A stretch of 64,000 nt of DNA from Octopus bimaculoides (lineage: Eukaryota). The position numbers and the translations under genes were made by a program. The notes beneath the pieces were generated by a model, which was given only the letters and a program-made list of their open reading frames with translations, searched no databases and was not told where the DNA came from. Location of the stretch: NCBI RefSeq assembly GCF_001194135.2, contig NC_069006.1:11557854-11621853 (forward strand). The letters run 5' to 3'. Every line of letters begins with the position of its first letter. The stretch's first letter is position 1. Shown piece after piece: positions 48,793 through 59,800 of the stretch.

Positions 48793-49203
48793 CACATAGA
48801 TGTGACTGTGTGGTAAGAAGTTTACTCTCCAATCACATGATTCTAGATTCAGTCCTGCTGCATGGTACATTGAGTAAGCATTTTCTACTTGAGCATTGGC
48901 CTGGCAAAAACTTTGTTAGTGGATTTGATAGACAGAAGCTCAAAGAAGCCCATCATATATGTATATATATATATGTGTATGTATATATCTGTCAGTGTTT
49001 GTCCCCCATTACTGCTTGACAACCAGAGCTGGTGTATTTACATTCCCATAACTTAGCAGTCCAGCAAAAGAGTTTGATAGAATAAGTACCAGGCTTACAA
49101 AAGAAAAAAAGTACTGGGGTTGATTTCTTTGACTAAAATTCTTCAAGTTGGTGCCCCAGCATGGCCACAGTCTAATGACTGAAACAAGTAAAAGATAAAA
49201 GAC
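48793..49203 (+). mobile_element. SINE family A, full length
   Basis: Head, body, microsatellite and 3' domain ending gaaacaagtaaaagataaaag. Confidence 0.8.
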
Positions 49204-49544
49204 ACACACACACTGGTGGAAAGTTTGGTGATGGATGGCAGAGTGGTGTGTGGGATTAGTTGCCAGAAATGACATCATTTGTTGTAGCACTGTTTTTGAT
49301 AAAGATTCTTTGGGGGTGTGGTGTAAAACAGATGCTAATGGAATGTGGTTTATAATCTGTGGTCCAGTCTCAACCATCTCTTATCGGTGATGTTAGTTTA
49401 TCCTAAATAACCAGAGATATCTCGTTCATGTTGTTGCTGTTTACTGTTACTGTCTGGTTTTATATCATTGTTGTTGTTGATGATGATGATGCTTATAGAC
49501 AATGGATTCCTAACTGCATTGGAAGATTGAAATAGTTTGTACGT

Positions 49545-49720
49545 AGTGTAGTATTAGTACAGTGTGTGTAGTATGGCATTAGTGCAGACAGAATGCAGTA
49601 TGGTGTTTGTACAGACAGCATGTAGAATGGTGTTAGTACAGAACATGTAGTATGATGTAAGTTTGGATAAGACAGCATTCAATATGGCGTTAGTACAGAC
49701 AGTATGGAGTATGGTGTTGT
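49545..49720. repeat. Degenerate 27-bp minisatellite (gtatggtgttagtacagacagcatgta), about 6 units
   Basis: tatgg cores at 49572, 49599, 49626, 49683 and 49710. Confidence 0.75.
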
Positions 49721-50489
49721 AAAAACATTTGCTTTCTGTCAAAAATATTCTATTTCTGGTTGGAGTTTCAGAAGAGAAAAAAACATGATACAATTAAAAA
49801 GTAAGAAAACAAACCCCAAATCCTAATTAGATCTTCATTAATGTTTAAGGTCAGTTATTTGAGTTATGATCCAATGTCAATAATATATTTTCAACTCTAG
49901 CAAAATTGTTCTTTCTTCCTTCATCGCGCCCATAGAATACTGTTGACCTTTTGTTTTTTTATTTTTATAAGAGAAAATGAGGAAGAGGGGTACTTATGAC
50001 CTTTGAAGTCCCCCCCCCCCCACTAGACTGATGTGGGTGATGCTTATAAATACAAGAGGGGTGAAGTAGGAGTGTTTGTGACCTTTGAAGTCCTTCCCAG
50101 TGTGTGTGTGTGAGTGCATGTGCAATCCAGATACCTAGATTCGAGAGAAGAGGAGGAAAAGCAGGGCAGTGTTTTTGAATTTTGAAGTCCCTCCTAGATA
50201 CTTGAACATCTGCAGGTAAATTGTAGACAAGAAGAGCCAAGGACCAGATGGCATTTAGCCAACCAAGGACCAAGTAGTAGTAGTGGTAGTGGTGGTAGTG
50301 ATATCAAAACAGTGCATTCAGCCTATTGCCCAAACTAAAGACCTGCTTTGGCTAGTATTAAGGTAGTAGATTTAAACTGAAACATTAATTTGAAACACTG
50401 AGGTTCAGCTCCACTGCATGTGCTCCTTATGTTGTTTCAGTTACCTGGGTTTACTTCTTCCACAAATTTCTACCACAGTTAGAGATCAG

Positions 50490-50791
50490 CACTTCTTTAC
50501 ACAGCCGTCCTCATCCATATGCATCACATGACCATACCAGTGCATTTATCTCTTGCACACCACATCTGATGCCTTTTATGCCCAGTTTTTCTCTCAAGAT
50601 GCTTACACTCTGTTGTACATGCACACCGGCATTGCACATCAGCAAAGCATACTGGCTTCATTTCTTTCAAGCCTATGCATGTCTTCAGCTGTCACAGCCC
50701 ATATTTCATTGCCATGTAACATAGCTGTTCGCACACTGGCATCATACAATCTGCCTTTCACTGTGAGGGAGAGGCTTTTAGTTACCAACAG
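50490..50791 (-). mobile_element. RTE C-terminal coding fragment
   Basis: LLVTKSLSLTVKGRLYDASVRTAMLHGNEIWAVTAEDMHRLERNEASMLC. Confidence 0.8.
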
Positions 50792-51553
50792 ATAAAAATA
50801 TATCATCATCCAGGTTTTGTCCCCGTTAACAAGGGTGGTTGGATCTGCCTCAATGCCATAGCAACTGAGGCAGGTAGGTGCAACCCACTCCAACCTTTGG
50901 GCTGGCTGGTGCCCATTCTCCCTTGCTAATCATGAGGCTTTTTTGGAACTGAATTTTCTATAGGGAGCATGCCCTTGCTTACCCCCAACTTCAGTTTCTA
51001 GACATGAGTCGTCCTGAGACCAAGGCCTCTACCACGATTTTTAAGAAATGTGGTGGAAAACCAGCTCAGGAAGGCAGGGACGCTACTCCCTGCGGCCCCC
51101 CTTTTGGAGCACCTCTACCTACATATATATCAGATTGGAGCCTGGTACAGACTCCTGCTTGCCAGTCCTCAGTCAAACCTACCAACACATGCCAACATGG
51201 AAAGCAGATGTTAAACGATGATGATGATATATTCTCATTGTTTTAACACCCTCTTTTCCTTGATTGCATGGGCCAGAGAGAATTAGTTGAGGTGGATTTT
51301 CTATGACCAAGTGCCCTTTCTGTCACCAGCTTTCACCTGTGACCAAGTAAGAAAATATNNNNNNNNNNNNNNNNNNNNNNNNNNNNNNNNNNNNNNNNNN
51401 NNNNNNNNNNNNNNNNNNNGCAGAAGATTGGAAATAAAGGACATTGCTTACATGACGGTGACACCTGCTTACAACTATCACTTGATGTCAAGGCAAGGAG
51501 ACAGCAGCACACACGCACGCACGCACACGCACACACGCACGCACACACGCACG

Positions 51554-51597
<44 letters not shown>

Positions 51598-51834
51598 GAG
51601 CTGCTTTTAGTTTCTGTATACCAAATCCACTCACAAGGCTTTGGGTAGCTTAGGGCTCTAGTTGAAGACACTTGCCCAATGTGCCACTGAGCCCAGAATC
51701 ATGTAGATTGAGAGCAAATTTCTTTTCACACAGCTGTGCCTCTGTGTGTGTGTTTACATCCTTGTGATGTAACAGTTCAACAAAAAAGACCAATGGAATA
51801 AGTACTAGGGTCATTTTAATCAATTAAAAATGGG

Positions 51835-52150
51835 TATTAGCAGAGAGACCTCATATGGTTTCAACAGGACATTTCTGACAGGTACTGTTGGCCCCCCCCC
51901 CCCCCATAGGTTGAAGTAATGATAGTAAATGTGTCTGTCATCTTTGGACACTACCAGAGAGAGCTTTAATGATTTGAATGAGCTGTTTCTAACAGGCAGT
52001 GACTGGCCCCTGTAGGCTGAGGTAATGATAGTTAAGTGTGCCTGTGTCATCTCTGGACCCTACAAGATAGACCCCATATCATTTGAATAGTGATTGGTGG
52101 CCCTGTTAATTTAATGGCTTGTGGTCTGTGTCATCTCTAGATAGGACCAT
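51835..52150. repeat. Degenerate ~115-bp tandem repeat, about 3 units
   Basis: Recurrent ggcccc..gtaatgatagt..tgtcatct.tggac..ctac.aga. Confidence 0.55.
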
Positions 52151-52311
52151 CATACATTACTGAGGGAGACAGCTGGTCTGACACCTGTCTATTCTTTCTC
52201 TTGTAATTCCCACACTACAATAATAAAAGTCTACATTCTCAAATGGTTACTACAAACTTTATCAGAACATTTGTATACAAAGTGGGTGTAGTCTATGTAT
52301 TGCATGTGTGG

Positions 52312-52349
<38 letters not shown>

Positions 52350-52459
52350 ACACACACATTCCCTGTTCTCTTATCTTCCTCCTGTTTCACCTTGCATGTT
52401 TAGTGTGGATATATATATAAACTAAGCAACAGAAATCTATCTGTCTGTCTGTTTGTTTG

Positions 52460-52507
<48 letters not shown>

Positions 52508-52893
52508 AGAGAGAGAGAGAGACAAATTTCTGTAGTGTAGTTTACTGATCTAGAAAAATAGAACTAAATAATGAAGTACAATACAACTGTGTAACAATAT
52601 TTTGTTGGCTAACATTGGTAGTTTTTGGTGTTTAAAAATGTGGGCGAGTTTTTTTTATAGTTGTTGCTTTTATACTTAATGTTCTTTAGAAGGTTTTATT
52701 GAACTGTAAAAGAAAAAATTTGCTTTATGTACTGCAATTGTTCTGGTTGCAGCCATGAGTTTTGAGTTCAATCCTGCTGCTTGGTATTTTGAGCAAGAGT
52801 CTTTTACTATAGGTTTGGGCCAACCAATGCTTTGTATGTAGATTTGGTAGATGGAAACTATTTTGAAGCCCATTGTATGTATATGTATAGATA

Positions 52894-53469
52894 GTGAAGC
52901 ATGACCTTCGAACGTTGGGCCTCACAGAGGCAACGATGAAAGACCGAGACCTCTGCAGATATGCTGTGACTGCGAAGACCTGGCAAATAAAGTGAGTTCA
53001 CAGCTGTAACCTACACCAGTGTCGCATAATCAACCCCAGCCCATTCAAAAGTACCTTGGATCATAGGGCAACCTGCTGTGCTTGAGGAGGTCTATTGAGT
53101 CAAGTACATCAGCATCAAAATGAAAATCGAATGGAAATTGTAGTTGTGATACCGGTGCACGTGGCATGCAAAAAGCACCATCCGAATGTGGCCAATGCCA
53201 GTGCCGCCTTGACTGGCTTCTGTGACAGTGGCACGTAAAAAGCACCAACCGATCATGGCCGTTGCCAGCCTCCTCTGGCCCCTGTGCTGGTGGCATGTAA
53301 AAAATGCACCCACTACACTCTCGGAGTGGTTGGCGTTAGGAAAGGCATCCAGCTGTAGAAATAATGCCAGATCAGACTGGAGCCTGGTGCAGCCTCTTGG
53401 CTTCCCAGACCCCAGTCGAACCATCCAATCCATGCTTGCATGGAAAACAGAAATTAAACAATGATGATG
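52894..53469 (+). mobile_element. 5'-truncated RTE LINE nested in a SINE-A (52735-52890 and 53490-53697)
   Basis: Last codons (KHDLRTLGLTEA..), 3' UTR with three structured modules, (GAT)n tail. Confidence 0.85.
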
Positions 53470-53925
53470 ATATATGTGTGTGTGTGGATGTGCCTGTGTT
53501 TGCTGCCACCACCATGTGACAGCCAGTGTTTGTTTGTTTACTTTACTGTAACTTAGCAGTTTGGCAAAAGACACTGATAGCGTAAGTTCCAGACTTTAAA
53601 AAAAAGTACTGAGGTCAATTTGTTTGATTAAACCCTTCAAGTTGATGCCCCTGCATGGCCTCAGTCCAGTGGCTGAAACAAGTAAAATAGATAAAAGTAT
53701 ATTTTACATGATCTCCTTCCCCAAATTCTTCATTGCATTCGTCATCCTTGCACTCACTTCCTTGTAGAGGACATTAACCTTCGAATGGTGTCACAGCTGT
53801 TCTTTGCTCATATAACCATGTCACTTCATGTAAAGGAATTAGAATTGAGTGAAGTATAAGAAAAGATAAAAGATTGAGAGAGAGAAGGGAAAAAAAAAGT
53901 GAACGAATTTATATGACAACCCAAT

Positions 53926-54005
53926 TAGTGGTTCTCAACTGGAGTCCATATAACCTCTGAAGGTTCATATAAGATTTTTGGGAGTCCTTGCAACAAAATA
54001 ATTGG
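53926..54005. mobile_element. Terminal fragment of the hAT-Charlie-type MITE at 58390
   Basis: tagtggttctcaac..tttgggagtcc.tgcaacaaaataat matches the reverse complement of 58610-58710. Confidence 0.6.
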
Positions 54006-55501
54006 AGATCCACAACAGTATTTTAAGAGCACCTGAAAAAATTTTGCTCTTCACTCAAATAAGCATGTCACCTTATGTGAAGGAGTTAGCATTGCATCAT
54101 GACACCTCTGTACTGAAATAACCTTGTCACCCTCATGTGGAGGAACTAGTATTGTGTCATGGCCCCCCCCCCCCCACATTACTCATAAACAGTAACAATC
54201 TCCTCACCATGATGTTGTTATGCCAGATATGTACTTGCTGCTTTCACGAAATAAGATCATGAGGATTCACTTTCAGGGGAGATTTGTTAACATGCATGAC
54301 TCTCTCAACAGGCAAACAGAGACACAATCAATGCAAATGTCTTTTATCACAGCACTAGGAAGGAAAGCCTGAGACTTTCCCTCAGTGGAGGCATGGTAAC
54401 TCTATCTCTCCCACACCCACCAAAAAACACAACAGCAATAACACAATCAGTACATAGTCACTATTGGATGGTCTTCTGTCTCACCATTTCTTATCAAGAA
54501 CATCAACAACAACATCAGGCAATATAAACTTCTCACAGCACAGCAGACATTCACTGTCTCCATAACTGAGAAGGCCTGAGACAATCTCTCAGCGTAGGTG
54601 TGGTAAGTCTTTCTCTTTCAACAAAACAAAGCGGGGACACAGTCACTGTTTACATATGGAAGAAACAGTCATATATCATCTCAACAACAATAACAACACA
54701 ACACTGCCTAGATACCTTTACAATATATATATATATATATATATATATANNNNNNNNNNNNNNNNNNNNNNNNNNNNNNNNNNNNNNNNNNNNNNNNNNN
54801 NNNNNNNNNNNNNNNNNNNNNNNNNNNNNNNNNNNNNNNNNNNNNNNNNNNNNNNNNNNNNNNNNNNNNNNNNNNNNNNNNNNNNNNNNNNNNNNNNNNN
54901 NNNNNNNNNNNNNNNNNNNNNNNNNNNNNNNNNNNNNNNNNNNNNNNNNNNNNNNNNNNNNNNNNNNNNNNNNNNNNNNNNNNNNNNNNNNNNNNNNNNN
55001 NNNNNNNNNNNNNNNNNNNNNNNNNNNNNNNNNNNNNNNNNNNNNNNNNNNNNNNNNNNNNNNNNNNNNNNNNNNNNNNNNNNNNNNNNNNNNNNNNNNN
55101 NNNNNNNNNNNNNNNNNNNNNNNNNNNNNNNNNNNNNNNNNNNNNNNNNNNNNNNNNNNNNNNNNNNNNNNNNNNNNNNNNNNNNNNNNNNNNNNNNNNN
55201 NNNNNNNNNNNNNNNNNNNNNNNNNNNNNNNNNNNNNNNNNNNNNNNNNNNNNNNNNNNNNNNNNNNNNNNNNNNNNNNNNNNNNNNNNNNNNNNNNNNN
55301 NNNNNNNNNNNNNNNNNNNNNNNNNNNNNNNNNNNNNNNNNNNNNNNNNNNNNNNNNNNNNNNNNNNNNNNNNNNNNNNNNNNNNNNNNNNNNNNNNNNN
55401 NNNNNNNNNNNNNNNNNNNNNNNNNNNNNNNNNNNNNNNNNNNNNNNNNNNNNNNNNNNNNNNNNNNNNNNNNNNNNNNNNNNNNNNNNNNNNNNNNNNN
55501 N

Positions 55502-55547
<46 letters not shown>

Positions 55548-55548
<1 letters not shown>

Positions 55549-55905
55549 GGCATGGTTGTATGGTAAGAAGCTTGCTTCCCAACCACATGGTTCTGGGTTC
55601 AGTCCCACTGGGTGGCACCTCAGGCATGTGTCTTCTATTATAGCCTTGGACCAGCCAAAGCCTTGTAAGTGGTTTTCATTGGTGGAAACTTAAAAGCCCA
55701 TCATAGGGGGGTCGGGGTGCCTTTGTGTCTGTGTTTGTCCCCCACCACTGCTTGACAGCTGATGTTACTCTATCGGTTTCAACAAAGGAGACTGATAGAA
55801 TAATTACAAGGTTTAACAAAAAGTAAGTACTGGACCAATTCATTCGACTAAAAATTCTTCAAGGTGGTGCCCCAGGTTGGCCACAGTCTAATGACTGAAA
55901 CAAAG
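55548..55905 (+). mobile_element. SINE family A, full length
   Basis: ggcatggttgtatggtaagaagcttgcttcccaaccacatggttctgggttcagtcccactg..ctaatgactgaaac. Confidence 0.85.
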
Positions 55906-55924
55906 GCTATACACACATTGTGTT

Positions 55925-58150
55925 TCATGTTGCAAGATGTCATAGGAGAGAAATGTGTTCACATGGATGACGGCTCATTTGCATTTAATGAGGCTGCAAG
56001 GAGAGAGACTTGGTGACACCACTATGAAAGGTTGCTAAATGAAGAAAATGAATGGGAGAAAGAGAGTCTCCCAGCTGTCCAAATTGACAGTACCTTGGTC
56101 GATAGAGCAATTAAGGATATGAAGACAGGGAAAGCCCCGGTTCATCAGGAATCACTGCAGAGATGCTTCAAATATCTGGCGGTTTAGGCTATAGTCTGGT
56201 CACCCGTATAGTCAATCAGGTGATACATGAAGGAGTCCATACCCAATGACTGGTGTAGCAGCACCATAGTCAACTGTTACAAAGGTAAAGGTGATGCATT
56301 AGATACGAATAATTACAGAGGTATCAAGTTGTTGGATCAGGTAATGAAAGTCACGGAGAGGGTCATAGCCCAACTAATTAGGGAGAGAGTTAGTTTAGGT
56401 GAGATGCTGTTTGGGTTCATGCCAGGGAGAAACACCACTGATGCTATATTTTTGGTAAGACAGCTGCAGGAGAGACACCTAGCCAAAGATAAACCTTTGT
56501 ACCTGGCTTTCGTTGACATGGAGAAAGCCTTTGACAGGGTCCCCCAGTCTCTTATCTGGTGGTCAATGTGGAAACTAGGGATAGATGAGTGGTTAGTGAG
56601 AGCTGTACACACCATGTACAGGGATGCTGTCAGTAAGGTGAGGGTTGGCAATGAGTATAGTGAAGAATTCCAGGTAGGGATAGGGGTCCACCAAAAATCA
56701 GTCCTCAGCCCCCTCTTATTCATTATAGTCCTCCAGGCAATAACAGAGGAATTCAAGACAGGATGCCCCTGGGAGCTCCTCTATGCTGATGAGCTTGCAT
56801 TAATTGCTGAGTCACTATCAGAACAAGAGAAGTTTCAGGTGTGGAAGCAAGGTCTAGAATCAAAAGGCCTTAGAGTCAATCTAGCAAAAACCAAAGTCTT
56901 AATAAGTAGGAAGGAAGACAAACCACAAATCCCTTCAGGTAGATGCCCTGCTCGATCTGTAGAAAAGGCATAGGTAGAAACTCTGTAAGATGTACCCAGT
57001 GTAAGCTATGGACACATAAGAGGTGCAGCAATATCAAAGGAAGGTTAACTAGGAAGTTAGTTTTTGTATGTAACAGATGTTCAGGAGCAATAAACACTGA
57101 AAATGTGCAGAAAACAGCTTCTGTCACATCCCTGGAGGAAAAACTAGAAGTAGTTGATAGCTTCTGTTACCTAGGTGACCAAGTCAGTAGTGGGGGTGGA
57201 TGCTCTGAGAGCGTAGCTGCTAGAATAAGAATAGCCTGGGTAAAGTTCAGAGAGCCTCTACCTCTGCTGATAACAAAGGGCCTCTCACTCAGAGTGAAGG
57301 GTAGCGAACAGCTATGCTACACAGCAGTGAAATAAGGGCTGTGACTGTTGTGGACATGTGTAAGTTTGCAAGAAATGAAGTTAGTATGCTCTGCTGGAAG
57401 TGTAATGTCAGTGTGCATACACGACAGAATATAAGCATCAGATGTGGTGTACAAGGGAGACGACTGTGCTGGTATGGTCATGCATTGCATCTGGATGAGG
57501 ACAGCTGTGTGAAGAAGTGTCACACCGTACAAGTCGAGGGAACCTGTGGAAGAGGTACACCCAGGAAGACCTGGGATGAGGTGGTGAAGCACAACCTTTG
57601 AACATTGGGCCTCACAGACACAATGACAAGTGACCAAGACCTTTGGAGATATGCCATGCTTGAAAAGACCCAGTAAGCCAAGTGAAACTGCTGCTGTAGC
57701 CTATGTCAGTGTCGCATAACCGGCCCATTTAAGAGTACCCTTCAATCATTGAGCAATATACTGTCCTTGAGAAGACCTGTTGAGTCAAGTGAAATCATTG
57801 TTGTGGCTGATGCCAGTACTGCCTGACTGGCACCCACACCGGGTGCATGTAAAAAGCACCATTCGAGCGTGGTTGTTGCCAGTGACGCTTGACTGGCTCC
57901 CGTGCCAGTGGCATGTAAAAAGCACCATTCAAGCATGGTTGAGGCCAATGCTGCCAGACTGGCTCCTGAGCCGGTGGCACGTATAAAGCACCCACTACGC
58001 TCTCAGAGTAGTTGGCGTTAGGAAGGGTATCCATTTGTAGAAACATTGCCAGATCAGATTAGGGCCTGGTGCAGCCTCCTGGCTTGCCAGTCCTCAGTCA
58101 AACCATCCAACCCATGACAGGATGGAAAGTGGACTTTAAAAGATGATGAT
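55925..58150 (+). mobile_element. 5'-truncated, frameshifted RTE-clade LINE (complete RT domain, PHD insert, 3' UTR, (GAT)n tail)
   Basis: NYRGIKLL, FGFMPGRNTTDAIF, AFVDMEKAFDRV, GVHQKSVLSPLLF, LLYADE (catalytic YADD mutated), FCYLG. Coding is split over ORFs 56227-56973, 56943-57335 and 57314-57601. Confidence 0.93.
57795..57992 (+). repeat. Three tandem 66-bp modules in the RTE 3' UTR
   Basis: The AAAGCACC motif ends at 57860, 57926 and 57992. Confidence 0.9.
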
Positions 58151-58389
58151 AATATGATGATCATACACACGCGCTGGTCTTGTATCACACCATTTCTAGT
58201 TAAGAACAACAGCAACAAAAATAACAGCACATAGCTTAGAAATCTCACACCCACCAGACTACACTGTCTCCTTGACAAGGATAGCCTAAGACAATGTTTC
58301 AAAGGAGACAGGTTTGCGCTGTCCCTTTCAGTAGAACACACTGTCATTACACACAGTCCTATATCAGACACTCATATCTTCGTCTAGAT

Positions 58390-58710
58390 CAGGGGTTTCT
58401 CAGATATTTTTCTTTTATCTAGGGACTCATGTGATTACTATTTTATTCTGGTGGACCCCCATAGCCATTCAGTGTTTAAAAACTAGTTTTATAGAAACTT
58501 CTTTCAAAATTTCTATTTTGTTTTTCACACATTAACTTATGTAGGTTGAAGTAAAAAATGTCACAGAAAGGAACCTCACTGTTTCTTGAATTGTATACAA
58601 TTAAAGCAACATTATTTTGTTGCATGGACTCCCAAAACTCTTACATGGATCCTCAGAGGCTATATATGGATCCTCAGAGGCTATATATGGATCCTGGTTG
58701 AGAACCATTG
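58390..58710. mobile_element. hAT-Charlie-type MITE, 321 bp
   Basis: Perfect 8-bp TSD GTCTAGAT (58382-58389 and 58711-58718), TIRs CAGGGGTTTCTCA / TGAGAACCATTG, internal 21-bp tandem duplication at 58645-58695. Confidence 0.88.
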
Positions 58711-58966
58711 GTCTAGATAAAGTTGTTTTTTTTTTTTTNNNNNNNNNNNNNNNNNNNNNNNNNNNNNNNNCCCCCCCCCCCCCCTTAATTTAACCTGTTA
58801 TCTTTTACTTGTATCAGTCCTTAAGCCATGCTGAGGCACCACCTTGGAAGGTTTAGTTGAACAACCACAGTACTTAATTTTTATATGCCTGGAAATTATT
58901 TTATTGGGGTCTCTTTTGCTTAACTGCTAAGTTACGGATTGGTAGGAGAAGACAAACACAGATATA

Positions 58967-59004
<38 letters not shown>

Positions 59005-59602
59005 NNNNNNNNNNNNNNNNNNNNNNNNNNNNNNNNNNNNNNNNNNNNNNNNNNNNNNNNNNNNNNNNNNNNNNNNNNNNNNNNNNNNNNNNNNNNNNNN
59101 NNNNNNNNNNNNNNNNNNNNNNNNNNNNNNNNNNNNNNNNNNNNNNNNNNNNNNNNNNNNNNNNNNNNNNNNNNNNNNNNNNNNNNNNNNNNNNNNNNNN
59201 NTATATATATGATGATATATATCTGATGGTATAGTTCTATGTTCAAGAGATGAGGAATATATACATTATTTATAATTGACGGATATTTGTCCTCATCTTG
59301 TTTGTTGTTAACACAATGTTTTGGCTATACCTGATTTAACAATATATTGATAAATCGGGTATAGCTGATCATGTATGGAAAAATGGAGACCACCTTTCCC
59401 CGTGGGATGAAAAGTTAAAATAATAGACAGAGAACACCACTGGAAAATACGATAACTAAAAGCAGCAGCACATATGCTAGGACACAACAACCGCCTAAGC
59501 AGACCAAGTGCAGATACGAATAGCATATGGGAACCGGTATTAAGGAAGGATAGGAGAACATTAGATTTATAAGACCTAAAATTCACAACCCATAATTGCC
59601 CA

Positions 59603-59676
59603 GTCATATGGCGTAGTGGTTAAGAGCGCAGGCTATTAACCCCAAGATTCCGAGTTCGATTCCAGGCAGTGATCTG
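59603..59676 (+). other. tRNA-derived Pol III cassette (pseudo-tRNA) inside the Penelope-like element
   Basis: A box TGGCGTAGTGG at 59609-59619, B box GTTCGATTC at 59654-59662, D-stem GCGT/GCGC. T and acceptor stems are degenerate. Confidence 0.75.
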
Positions 59677-59754
59677 AATAATGATAATGATAATAATAAT
59701 AATGATATCGAAAAATACCTTAGGAATGAGAACCCAGGTTCGAAATTTCCCCAA

Positions 59755-59800
59755 GACACCTGATGAAGGCTGGAGGGTATATCAGCCGAAACGTTGTGTT
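59755..59800 (+). ncRNA. Minimal type I hammerhead ribozyme (Penelope-type, dimer-forming)
   Basis: Stem I GACAC/GTGTT, core CTGATGA at 59760-59766 plus an extra A, stem II GGCTG/CAGCC, GAAA at 59788-59791, palindromic ACGT stem III, predicted GUU cleavage after 59795. Confidence 0.8.

Noticed and set aside
54600-55643. Long ORFs spanning N-gaps or microsatellites (also at 2.1-2.5, 9.2-9.9, 31.7-32.8, 37.9-38.9 and 61.3-62.1 kb)
   Set aside because: They are open only because of X runs and (TA)n/(TG)n/(CA)n translations such as YIYI, CVCV and THTH.
56337-56756. Antisense ORFs over coding sequence (also 17969-18256, 36-446, 415-795 and 57317-57637)
   Set aside because: Shadow ORFs of the RT, CLIC and ORF1 on the opposite strand, with no independent motifs.
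57900-57992. Pistol ribozyme interpretation of the RTE 3' UTR module
   Set aside because: It has a P1-like hairpin, pseudoknot and AAA linker, but no P2 stem or pistol cleavage-site arrangement.
59603-59676. Functional tRNA gene
   Set aside because: The T-stem has two mismatches, the acceptor and anticodon stems are incomplete, and it is embedded in a retroelement.
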